DNA from: Haliotis rufescens
Taxonomy: Eukaryota
Reading direction: 5' to 3'
Length of the DNA: 64,000 nucleotides
Assembly: GCF_023055435.1 (NCBI RefSeq)
Contig: NW_025963857.1
Location: forward strand, 26,536,001-26,600,000
Below, in pieces: positions 24,261 to 36,000 of the stretch. Each line of letters starts with the position of its first letter. Position 1 is the stretch's first letter. Under the pieces are notes generated by a model. That model saw only the letters and a program-made list of their open reading frames with translations, had not been told where the DNA came from and did not search any database. The position numbers and the translations under genes were made by a program.

Positions 24261-26630
24261 TGTCATTTAAATATGCAGTCTTCCCTTAAACGTCATTTTA
24301 GATGAAAGCGCGAAGAAAAACAGAATTACAAGGAAGGCAACACATTATACGCAACCGTATATATAGGAATTGTTTATCCGTCATGTAGATGCACCCACCT
24401 TGTACCTATTCTACACTCATCATGTACTGACTGTGACCTTATCATGATATAGCAGGAACGATACAATGGATTCTTCTTTTAGCGGAGATTGCTTGTGATT
24501 ATGGAAACGTTTTGTTGCTTTTATTGCAATGTTTATGTTGATTTTTTGAAATGTCACTTCCTTCTCAAAGGAAAAACACCTAAACAACTTGCCACACGTT
24601 GTTGATTGTTCGTCATTTCACCAGCAATACCAGGTGTACTGTTGCTATTTTTCTTGTTATCTACTCTGGTTTGTGCTTTGTTTTACTTCTTGTAATATGT
24701 GTCAGCTCTATGATCAAAGTACTGTATTGCCAAATATATATAGTTTTTTCAAGTTTTCCTACCTTTTAAAGTATCTTTAGTTTTGTGAATTATGACAATC
24801 ACAGTTACAGTGTTTTTGTTCAGTTTTTAATATAATATATAATAAACACAGTTTTGATTGATCGTATATTGATTATGAATAATCCGTGAAGTAAAGTTTC
24901 CATAGAAAAGAGTATATATTCTTCTCCATTTGATTCCAGAGACCAATTGTCTTCTCATTTGTTACATTTACCACAATCGCCACATTGAACCAAACTTAAT
25001 TACATATTGGTAACAAACCTGACCTGATTAGTTTCCTGAACTGTGTGTAAATTGTGCATGCTACATATTGATATGTTCATAGTTGAACCATGTTTTGTTT
25101 GACTGTTTGAACACTTAATCATTTCTTGAAATTTCTTTGAAACAATTTCTGTCAGTAGTTTCATTTGGCCTTTTGACGAACAATTTGTCTTTCTCCTGGG
25201 TAGTTAAGACATCAACACTGTATGTTTCCCGAGATGGTCGCGTGTACTGGCTGATATGGTATAATACAAGGAAACAAAGTAAGAGTTGAAAGGGTAACTT
25301 TGCCTCTGACCAGTTACAAAACAGGTAATTAGATGATTGATTTCGGTTTATGTATTTCAATATGAAAATCTCATCAAAGAAATATGAATTGTCATGAAAT
25401 ATAAACGGGATACGATTTTAAGTGAAAAACTGTTTATATGGAAATATGGAAACACATGGATATAGAAAGCGGTTCTTAACATTTTTACAGGACTATATGT
25501 CTGATACTTGTTCAATATTGAATGTATTTTACATTGAGTTACCATCCAAATGCACACCTATTAAAAAGACAAAAACAATATTTCTATAAAACGGGATTAC
25601 ATTTTTTTCTTATGTATCATACATATTACAGATAAGGGTATATATGTTCAGAAACGTATGACCATGTTTTTCATAAACAAATTTCTATTTTACAAGATAC
25701 AAGAAAGAAATGTCAAAAAATATGTTTTTCAAGATCATCATGTCATTTGGTCCATGTGCGACATCAGATGGTTTAATAGTTCGACTACACACATTGGCTC
25801 GTTATGTTATACACAGACTATATGAAGGTTTAAAAGAAGCAAACATTTCAGTGTTGTGGTTTGTTATATTGCTAAACATTAGGATATTCTTCATATTATT
25901 CCATGACTCGCCGATATGATTACTTCTAATTTGGATGTGTAAATAGGATCACATATCTCAGTATACCAATCGAAAGTTGTGTAGTATATCTATTCGTTAT
26001 CACGTGAATCGTCAGTGTAGCATCTGCCGCGTATCTTAATGTTGTTTCGTCAGTTCCAAAATATGTGATAAATGCACCTGAAAAATGTTAAGCTCTGCTT
26101 ACTCTATATTTCCATACGCAATGGACATTCTTTTCTTATGACAAAACCCATTTATGTTTGTTTATAAAGTGACATACTCAGAAAAAGAAAATCGATTGCC
26201 TAACTTCAATACTTTGTTTAAGGGCAATGCTTATTTCACTACCCTTTCAATGGCCTCATCTTCTTCTTTGTATCCTATGAAATGACCATGTCCTTGTGAC
26301 CATTTGGAAGAACATATTGTCCTTGTATCATCAGTCCACGCAGTATCAGTCGTGTATCGAGGACACTTATCCGCCCGCATGGCCCCCTCATGCATTTGTA
26401 TGGTTTAATATGATTATACCTTGAAATTGTATATCAAACATTGCACAAATGTCGAAAATTGGAGATCAACATCGAAAGAGTACTTGAAAGTGGAAGTTCC
26501 ATAATGGCGTGAGCAGCCTCATTAGTTACATCCGTCGGAACCACATATCAGCGTCACGTTGTATTTTGTATCTACTTTGGTACTTAAACATAACATTTAC
26601 TTACGAAAGCATTTGGTAAAAGCCGTTGAG

Positions 26631-26838
26631 NNNNNNNNNNNNNNNNNNNNNNNNNNNNNNNNNNNNNNNNNNNNNNNNNNNNNNNNNNNNNNNNNNNNNN
26701 NNNNNNNNNNNNNNNNNNNNNNNNNNNNNNNNNNNNNNNNNNNNNNNNNNNNNNNNNNNNNNNNNNNNNNNNNNNNNNNNNNNNNNNNNNNNNNNNNNNN
26801 NNNNNNNNNNNNNNNNNNNNNNNNNNNNNNNNNNNNNN
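26631..26838. other. Assembly gap (N run)
   Basis: Ns in the sequence. Confidence 1.
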
Positions 26839-27364
26839 CACTGTTGTGTTAGCGAGGCGACAAAAATGGCGTCTGAAAAACTTTGAAACCGTTACTAATG
26901 AAAGAGCTCGCGTACGACCTTTGCCAAGATGGCGGAAGGTGTCCGGTATAAGTGCCTATTTATCAAAGTGAGATCAGTGTCACATGTGACAATGTTCGAG
27001 CCATATGACATCAAAGACAGCAAGGTGCTTAACTTGTTTCGCAGGTTACATTCTGTTTGTTAGGTTTAAACAATTCGAAACAACACTTCATTCATATAAA
27101 CGGAAATGTATGTGCAATACTTATATGTCTCAGCTTAGATTATTAAAGTACACAGTTCAAACTTCATGTACAAACACGTGTATGTAAGAAATGTTTACAC
27201 AGTTAGTTTCTGCTCGTCAATCCTTGAAAAATCTCTCCTACTTAAATCATCCAACATATGGTTGTTTGTTTTCTTAAAAATTGAATTGTTCAGCTTAGTA
27301 AATGATTGAATTTGCGAATGATTTGTGTTATTATTTTTATGAGTCGGGTGTTTGTTTGTTTGTT

Positions 27365-27371
<7 letters not shown>

Positions 27372-27435
<64 letters not shown>
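27372..27435. repeat. (TA)n microsatellite, left flank of the Crypton
   Basis: Direct reading. Confidence 0.95.
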
Positions 27436-27437
<2 letters not shown>

Positions 27438-28379
27438 ATTAACCACTGTGTTCGGTTGTTACCGAAAAATCTACACACGAGTGATTAATCTGCCACGATT
27501 AGAACGAGGCTTTATCCTTTTTCTCCCATAACAATACGCCATAAAATGTCGAGCTCGTAGTTGATGATTTCCTGTGTTTCCTGTGTTTCCCCCGAGCCTC
27601 GTTTTCAAATATGCCCAGTAATACAACTGCACCGAAAACAAGTAAATAGGCTCTAGCGACGACAACCCACAGGAGTCTTCCCGTGACAGGCAAGGCACTT
27701 GTTCGCATTCATGTTACGGGCTTTGTTAACTATTAAAAAATGATAGGAGTAACGTTTTGAGAATTATTAATGTGAGTTGATATCTATAAAAGGTTTTGGA
27801 TTACCCGGCCAATAACTATTTGTATTCATCTCGTCGCGACTATCAGTCTCAATGCGCAACACTAAATAGGTCCACCTTTGAGTGTATGTAAACAAGTCAT
27901 ACGTTTATTTGTCCGCTGGAAACTAATGTTATAAACCCAAATAAGAGGAAATGAATTTGTTTTTTTTGTTGTAAAATATTGATAACGAAAAACAAGGGCT
28001 CAAGGAACTGTCAGCAGGATTGATCAGACTAGATTCTATAAATACCAACTCAGGCAACTGATCAGCTGATTACTGCCAGGTGAATCTTCTCAACTCAAAG
28101 AAAGAATTGAAATATTTGTAAACGAATTTTGCTCTTTAAACTAATTTTACAGTGAATAATTCAATATTTGACTTTTGAACATACTATTTACCATCATAAC
28201 ACCAAACATGTTACTAAATGAGTTGTCTAATTTTCACACATTTGAGAATGACAAGAAACAATGAATTTGACAAGCACAATAGTTTATTGTGTGTGAAACA
28301 TAAAGACATAGGATATATGTAAACAATAAAATATCATTTCAACAGTAATCAAATATTTACAACATTTAATACCTTGTCT

Positions 28380-31300
28380 TTAATACTGTTGATTCTGAAA
28401 ATAATTAACTGTGATGTTGTATGTGCCCCCATATATATTGTTAAACATTCCCTGCACGGGATCTACACCCCTGGAGACATAGACTGTGTGGCTCTCCCTC
28501 TGCTCAGAACTTGTTCTGGACATCTGGCTGGACACCATGGTGCTCACAGGATCTGGTATGGGGCTCACAGGACCTTGTGTGCTTTTGGGTCTTTTTGTTT
28601 GTCCACCAATAATCTTAGATATAGTTCTATGCTGGTTGCTGTTCAGTGAACTGTAGTCATTTAGACTTTGCACATTCTTGTGGCCAGATATCTGCAATCA
28701 ATAAGCTTAATAAATAATACATATTTATGAGATATGGGGTATGTCAATTTCATTCCTAAAATTTAGTTATAAGTATTGTCTTTGTATCATGTTGACATAA
28801 AGAAGTTGCACAGATCTTTACAAGTTTTCAAACATGAAATTTGATTATTTAACTTTGAATATTCATCGATTTAGCATTTAGTGAAGCTCCTAACCTGCAT
28901 CACTTGGTTGCTAGGAACACCAGCATCACACAACTTTTGGACAACATATTTTCGTGCACTATGGTTGGTCAACCTTTTGGCTTGTGGTCCTCCATCTGTC
29001 AATCCTGAATCATAATGGTTTATTGGAAAACTTTATTACATTTGTTATATTAAATCTGCATGTAGTAATTAAATCAAGTTATCATCACTGTAGTGTAAAC
29101 ATTATCATGTATTGATATGAACAATTTACATTTTCTCTTATGATATTGATATTTAGATCATATAGATGGAAAACATAAATTACCTGCTGCTTTCGCCATA
29201 GATTTCATGAAGGAACCCAACTTGTTGATCCCTACTGGCTGTCCCCTGAACCACTTCTTGGACTTATTCATGTCTGTACACGTTGATATATAAAAGGGAT
29301 CAGTTTCCTTCATGTAGTGTGTTGGCCTCAATTCTGTATACTTTTTGAACATCCTTACAGGACAACGTTCTGGGTTCTCCTTAGTAGCCCACATCTTTGG
29401 CTCAACTTGTCTGTAAGACAAACACATGATAGATAGAAATAGTGAAAGTATCTTTCACATCATTGATGATCTATTTTACTGATTAATTAAAAAATTATTT
29501 GTGTAAGGTCATTCATTATAATTCATAAGAGTTACATTTCTTTCATCCATAAAACATACCAGAAGATGATTTCAAATTACATTAAAATCAATTTTATTGA
29601 AGTATATTTTAAACAATTGAATATTTTCGTTTTGTTGCGCATTAAGTTGTATTTATATAATATTCATACTCACAAATCATCACCAATTTATTTTCCTTAC
29701 CTGATATTATTTGGATCTGCTCCACCTCTTGTTTTTGTTGATCGCTCACAGAAGGCAACATAATCATCGCTATTACCATCCTGCTTCACTTTCAAATCGC
29801 CCAACTTCATATCATGGTGCTCCTGCACTCCTCTCATACCAAAGTATATGGTATTGTTAAACCATACAGTGTGCAGGAGCGCCTCTGGTGTGTGTGATCC
29901 CAGTTGACCTGAGGGACAGAGGGAGACTTTATATCAGTAAAGAGAACACCGGCCAATTATACATTACATACAGACCTTTTATAACATACATGTGAAGAGC
30001 ACCACTTCGCTCATTTTAGCTGTTTTCATATGTTTTTTCATAGCTAAAGAATTTATTGTCACAGGATAGTTGGATGTTAAGAGCTGAATAAATTTATCAT
30101 AACATGGATTTACCTGATGAGTCGACTTCATCCTCTGTGAGGCAATCCGCTTTACGAGGTCTGTTTCCTCTCCCACTTCTTTTCAGTTCCACTTGCTTGG
30201 AAGCAATGACCATATTAAGCTGGGCGAACTCCTCGCTCCTAATGAGACAGTAGGCATAATTGTGTTCCCTCAGATGTCGGTTGAATGATGATAACATTCC
30301 TGTAAGTAAAATGTCTTTAAGAACTTGAAGATAAGCATGCTTCATACTTTTAGTAATAAGCAGACTGGTCTAAATAATAATTTGATATTAAGTGTATTAT
30401 CCTAATGTAGAATAAACCAAAATTAAAATCATCATAACAATATATTTAAATTTAGATTTGTATAATTACTTTGAAATTTAAGACGTTCAAATATTATGTG
30501 TCATCTATTAAACAAACTGTAATCAGATTGTTCCTAATTTTGGAATATATGCTATACATTGCTATCAGAATGACAGTTAGTTAAAGATGTGGATGTTTAC
30601 CAAAATATTAAACTTCAATTTCTTTATCATGTTTGTTAACATCTGTAAATGTAATAGTGAAAACTTGCCAATCTGAGGCCCATGTTTTTATAATATTGGA
30701 TATTACTTTAATAATGTTTCTAAAGTGCGTAATTTTACCTTTAAGGGATGATGGTTCATAGTTTTCACCGTTACTTTTCCTGGCATCCATAAAAAACTTG
30801 CAAAGGTGACTGTTAAGTCTGTGTGGAGGGATGGATTGAAGGGGTCTTGTTTCACCTCTATTTTTCTCTAACCACTTGGCAAGTGTTGTCATGTTTGAAT
30901 TAGTTTTCTTGGCGGTGTTCTTATTTTCTTGTGCCTTGATGAATTGCTGTATTTCCTCCTGGCTACATGACATCCAGTTGTTGAACTCTTCATCAAACTC
31001 ATCATCTGAACCATCTAGTCTAACATCTACAAATAAACAACATGAGATTTAATAACAGTTATTCATTGATTTAGATACTCAACAGCACTGACTTTGAAAG
31101 TAACTATTATTTCTGCAAAATGATGATTATCAAATATGATTAACCTAAATGGATTGAAAATATGTTAATAGTGTATGTATATTGGATTTACTTATGATTT
31201 ATGTGTGTATATTTTATTGTATATATTTATACTTGTGGTAAGTCATGGTTAGGGACTCGGCAAGCCTCGTTCCTATGGCTAAGTTCTCGAACCCAACCAA

Positions 31301-31786
31301 AACAACAAATTTTTCAGAATTTCAAAAAAAAAATTATATCATTATTTTACCTCTGAATGGAGAACTCTCTCTTGATCTTTTCTTTGACCCATTCCTTTCT
31401 TTCTCTCGTGAGTTTCTACCTAAAATAATAATATGAAATTAATTTTTCACTGCTCCCTATTAGAAATCAAAATAGTTAAGAAAAAATATAAATACATATA
31501 TTACTTTTTGAGTTTTCATAGATCAAGGTACTTATAACTGCATTCAAGTTTAAATGTGGTAATGTTAATGTTTTTTTATTAAAAAAATGAGCTTCATAAT
31601 TTTCCAGGAATTGCATGTTTCAATTATTGAAGTCTTCAAGGTAAAAAACCCCCAAATATTTATAGGCCCAAATAGATGAATTATATTGATCTGGATAAAC
31701 TCTACCTGTTGTAAGGGGAGACAACTGCTGTGGTTGCAGTACACCCTGGTCGTGCGCTGTACGGTCCGGCAAAGTATGATCGTTTC
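28380..31786 (-). CDS. Crypton tyrosine recombinase (DUF3504; KIAA1958/KCTD1/ZMYM-related). Exons: 31786-31706, 31419-31351, 31026-30739, 30299-30114, 29908-29701, 29410-29184, 29004-28895, 28691-28380; first exon unresolved
   Basis: Continuous spliced frame: ENKNTAKKT...LCKFFMDARKSNGENYEPSSL...FGMRG..EH...KTRGG...RCPV...PFY...WF..QPVGINKL...TNHSAR...SGHKNVQSLNDY. Confidence 0.9.
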
Positions 31787-32034
31787 CTTCATTAAAATGA
31801 AGTATTGCGTTAGATACAAATTATTTGAGTCTTTATTTTCTTGAAATATGAAGTCTCTATTATTGTCAAATAACTATGAAATATGCTTTGGACGCTGGGT
31901 TACACAAACGATCGATCGGCTCCATATCAACACTTCGTTTATAACGTGACATTGCTTATGTGTTTGATGGTTAATTTTTTTAAATACCAAAAGCAATATG
32001 GTAGTCTATTAGTATTTTTACATAAATTACTTAA

Positions 32035-32268
32035 CTATTTCATTAGCTGTTTTATTAGCATTGAAAACGCCCAGTGAAGAATCTTCCGGAATGGCTCATC
32101 TGGTCCCGTAATATCGAAGCGGTATCTTGCTTCGGTCACCGTCTTCCCATTCTGCGACTTAATCTCGTACATCGGGAAGCCGAAATTCTCAGATACATCT
32201 CCGCATATCACACCCCTTCCTCCTCCACAAATTTTCACTTGATCACCAACTTTCGGTGATTGAAACAT
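32035..32268 (-). CDS. Small ORF or first exon of the Crypton gene (MFQSPKVGDQVKICGGGRGVICGDVSENFGFPMYEIKSQNGKTV...), SH3/KOW-barrel-like pattern
   Basis: GC-richer coding-like island just downstream of two CCAAT boxes (~32372, ~32414). Confidence 0.4.
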   Translation of the reverse strand: MFQSPKVGDQVKICGGGRGVICGDVSENFGFPMYEIKSQNGKTVTEARYRFDITGPDEPFRKILHWAFSMLIKQLMK

Positions 32269-32556
32269 CGTCACTACGGTGGGGCCTAATGTTTTGACAG
32301 CTGAGTATTTCCTGCACCAGACGACCTCGGGAATCCCCGATTCGAAAATAGTGCCGGAATTTATTTTTAGACAGCCAATCAAAACACGCTGACACAGCAC
32401 TCCACTATCAGCCAGCCAATCAGATTGCGTAAATAAAAATAAACCACTACGAATAAACCACTGCTGGCGATTGGAGATCAAGCCCTGTTATGGGAGAAAT
32501 ATATATAAATATATATATATATAATGAATACATACACGCACATTCTTACATACATT

Positions 32557-32596
<40 letters not shown>

Positions 32597-33040
32597 ATTG
32601 CGTGTGTGTGCGTAACTGTGGAAATATCATGTGTGTGTATATGTTTGTGTATATGTATTTTATATAGGGTGTCTGCGTGTATATATATATATAGTGTGTG
32701 GCGGGCTGTAAAAAATCGAGTTGGACCAGACATACCATTGCTTGATAATGTTCAACAATACACCAATTACATTGAATCTAAAATATATTAAAAGTCACAA
32801 TAGGTCAACGTAAATCTCTATCTCAGGAAATATGACAAAATGATGCAAAATCAGTTAATTTGAGGTAGGACTTTTCTTTATAGTACTGGAATACGTTGTG
32901 TGTCTGTACTCAGTACATGGAAGGGTAACATATGTACACACAAACACTATTTCTCACATACTTGTGATATGTGATATAAAATCCTGCTGGCTGTCACAAC
33001 GACAAGACTGTAACTGTATGTCCCATATTGTGACCCTCCT

Positions 33041-33048
33041 TATATAAA
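33041..33048 (+). promoter_or_regulatory. TATA box of SOD copy 1
   Basis: TATATAAA ~40 bp upstream of the ATG; homologous TATAAA at about 39340 in copy 2. Confidence 0.65.
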
Positions 33049-33080
33049 CTGCACACGTCGTTCTGCATCCATAAGTCAAG

Positions 33081-36000
33081 ATGTCGCCGATCACGACGTA
33101 CCTCCCCGCTGTGCTGATGGTTATATCTCAGAGTGTGCTGCTGCATGCCCATGAGTCAGTTTCAAACACGAACCCTTGGATTCAGAAGTTTTCTAGCCAA
33201 CCGCAGAACAACTGTGTTCCTCACAAAGGTAAGAACATTCACGTCGTAGTCATAATATTCAAGCATTATCAGACCGGCCTGTATATAACTGAATCTAGCA
33301 AACAAGCACACGAACCTACCAGACGAAACGAGAATGTCTCCGATGAGCTGCCATAATTGTGTTGAAAACTTGTATATGTATTCAGGCCTACGTTTAATGA
33401 CCAATATGGTGTTTTGATTGATAATCAATGTACAAATGATCAGTTTTTAATGTCCAACAGGGGCATAACTGTTAATACTGCGGAAACCCATTATCATATA
33501 TAAGCTTGACGTTGACTGTTGTCTTATTCTTACTCAAACGTACAAACAGGTATATTCTTACTTGAGGTCATATACTTTCATTGAAACGCATAAACTTATA
33601 TACATTCACGTGTACATGTACGTAAACACGATATGCTAACATTTCCTCATATATTCACATAAAATGACATAAACTCACATACTTACGTTGAAATCAGACA
33701 TTTAATAAACACGCAAACACGTACATACATGTAAGCGTATTTAATACAAGTAAATGTTACAAACACGCTTATTCTTACTTAAACGCACATATTCTAATAT
33801 AAACCCACCTGCTTGCATCGAAACGCATATACTTCCTTTTCATAAGGTATTCCTTATAAAGCGTACAAAGACACATATATCTAATTTTTAAGCCCACATG
33901 CCTTACATTAACAATCATTTCCTTAATTAGATTGACTTGTGATCATATAAGACAATTGACTTTTCTTTTGTATGTGTTTGTGACGGGTGCCCCAGATTGA
34001 GCAGGATTCGCTCACCTTTTCGCGAATACCTGGTATCATTACTACTTGATAGTAATTCATAATCAAATGCTCATGATCTATACGGAATCGTACAAATGGA
34101 CACTGCTTTTAGGAGATATTCTTTCATGATTATGGAATTGTTTTTTTTGTTGATTTTACTTACATAAATACGCATGCACGTCATTTTACCGGCGGTGCAA
34201 GCTTACGTAACTTGTCAAGGCGCTTTTCTGTTTCGTTTCCAGAATATGCCACTTGTACTGTTCAGCCAGACCCAGCAGCTCCTTACAAGGTGACTGGCAC
34301 TGTAGACTTCTCTCAGATGGATGTAAGTGACAGTTGTACCTACATGACAGGCACTCTCTCTTTAAAAAACAAATCAAACGACGACTATTCAAGACCAGTT
34401 GTCCTTCTTTTCATGATATGTGTTTGTACGTGACAGGTGTCATGTTGATGTCGTCAGGTAGGTCTGACAAAGGAGAACACCCCTTTTGAAGATTTTTAAA
34501 GATTTCTATTTTCTTCACGTTTACGTATCACGGTATGTACTGATGACTTTTAAAATCGGTACAAATTCACATTTTGAAGTTATATATATTTGGGGCACAG
34601 GTGACCCAGTAAGTTCTCGCAACTTACCTGCCAGAGAATTCCTATGCCTCACGACTGGAAAAGACGTGACCAATGTTGATAAAATGAAACAAGCACGAAA
34701 TAACCACGACTCAACCATATTTCACTTTAAGAAGGTTGTGCACAGATATCAATGAAATAATAAAAATAAAAATAAAAATAAAAATAAAAACTTTGATTAG
34801 CTTTTTCAATGTATATTTGCCATTTAACAAATTTGATTAAAAACAAATGATTTAATGTGAGGTACATGTATGTATTCCTTATCTGTGATTTATATCCGCA
34901 ATGAGCACAGAAAAAAACATTACTAGTGTAATATATTGTTTTGTACCACAAACGATAATATATATGTAGGTGAGGGAAGATGTCTTCAAACAACAGTCCA
35001 GCTATATCCCGTCGATCTACGCTGGTCAGTCTGAACCGAACTGAATTTGAATTAAACTACAATGCATAGCATATTGAGGGTGACACATTCACACAATTAC
35101 GGTATACATACAAATATTTTAAAGTTCATAATGTGCAGAGCCCACTTAAGTCAATCAATAATAGTTCAACAGAAGTTTGAACATTTCTTGAAAGGTATCT
35201 CATTGTATATACAGATTTTTTTTATATATACGCGACCATAGTAAAATGATCGTTACAAAAATATATAAATAAAAAATCGGTGGGTGGGTAGATGGATGGA
35301 TGGATGGAAGATAGACAGATGTTTGGGCGCTTATATACTAAATCGTCTTTTACTTCATGGTACAGATGCAGATGTTTCGTTTTTGTGTTACAGTTCTGCG
35401 GCCACTATGGTGACCTATTAATCAAGGTCACCCTGAAGGGTTTCCCGACCTCTGACCCAGTGAAAGAGCATGGCATGCACGTACATCAATACGGTGACCT
35501 GTCTAACGGATGCACCAGCACAGGAGGCCATTACAATCCGTTCAACATGACCCACGGGGCTCCCTTTGATGAGAAAAGGTTTTATCTTAAACATCACTTG
35601 TATTTTTAACATGCATTTTTAAGTTATCATTGTAATTAATGTTGCTGTCTGCAATGTTACATGGCGGTCTGTACGAACATTAATTATTGAAATGGAGCAG
35701 TCATAGCAGTGGCTAATAGCATGAGTAACAACCAGCCAATCTCCATGCTCGTCTCAAGACACATATGGTGTCTCCTTAGGCAAGTGACATTGTTCGAAAT
35801 GTGCCTCTGTGTACAAGCAGTGAATGGCTACCCGGTGGGGTGAGATGGCGATGTGACTGTTAACGTTTTAAAACCTCACAAGTAGCTTAGGGGGTATATT
35901 CCCCAGGGAGCTGAGAATTAAAACCGAGTGCACATTTTGGGGGTAATAATGTAGCATTTTTAGCACGCTTTGTGCATTAGAGATATACACAGTATTATTA

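Larger units (their letters stand above)
27436..32499 (-). mobile_element. Crypton-type (tyrosine recombinase) DNA transposon, ~5.1 kb; boundaries approximate
   Basis: Contains the YR gene; bounded by (TA)n tracts; 14-bp inverted repeat 27520-27533 / 32486-32499; AACCACTG direct repeat 27441 / 32456. Confidence 0.7.

Noticed and set aside
26559-26886. ORFs spanning Ns
   Set aside because: Artefact of the assembly gap
26860-26950. AAAATGGCG/AAGATGGCG YY1-like first exon
   Set aside because: Adjacent to the gap, the first ATG hits a stop immediately, and no downstream exons were identified
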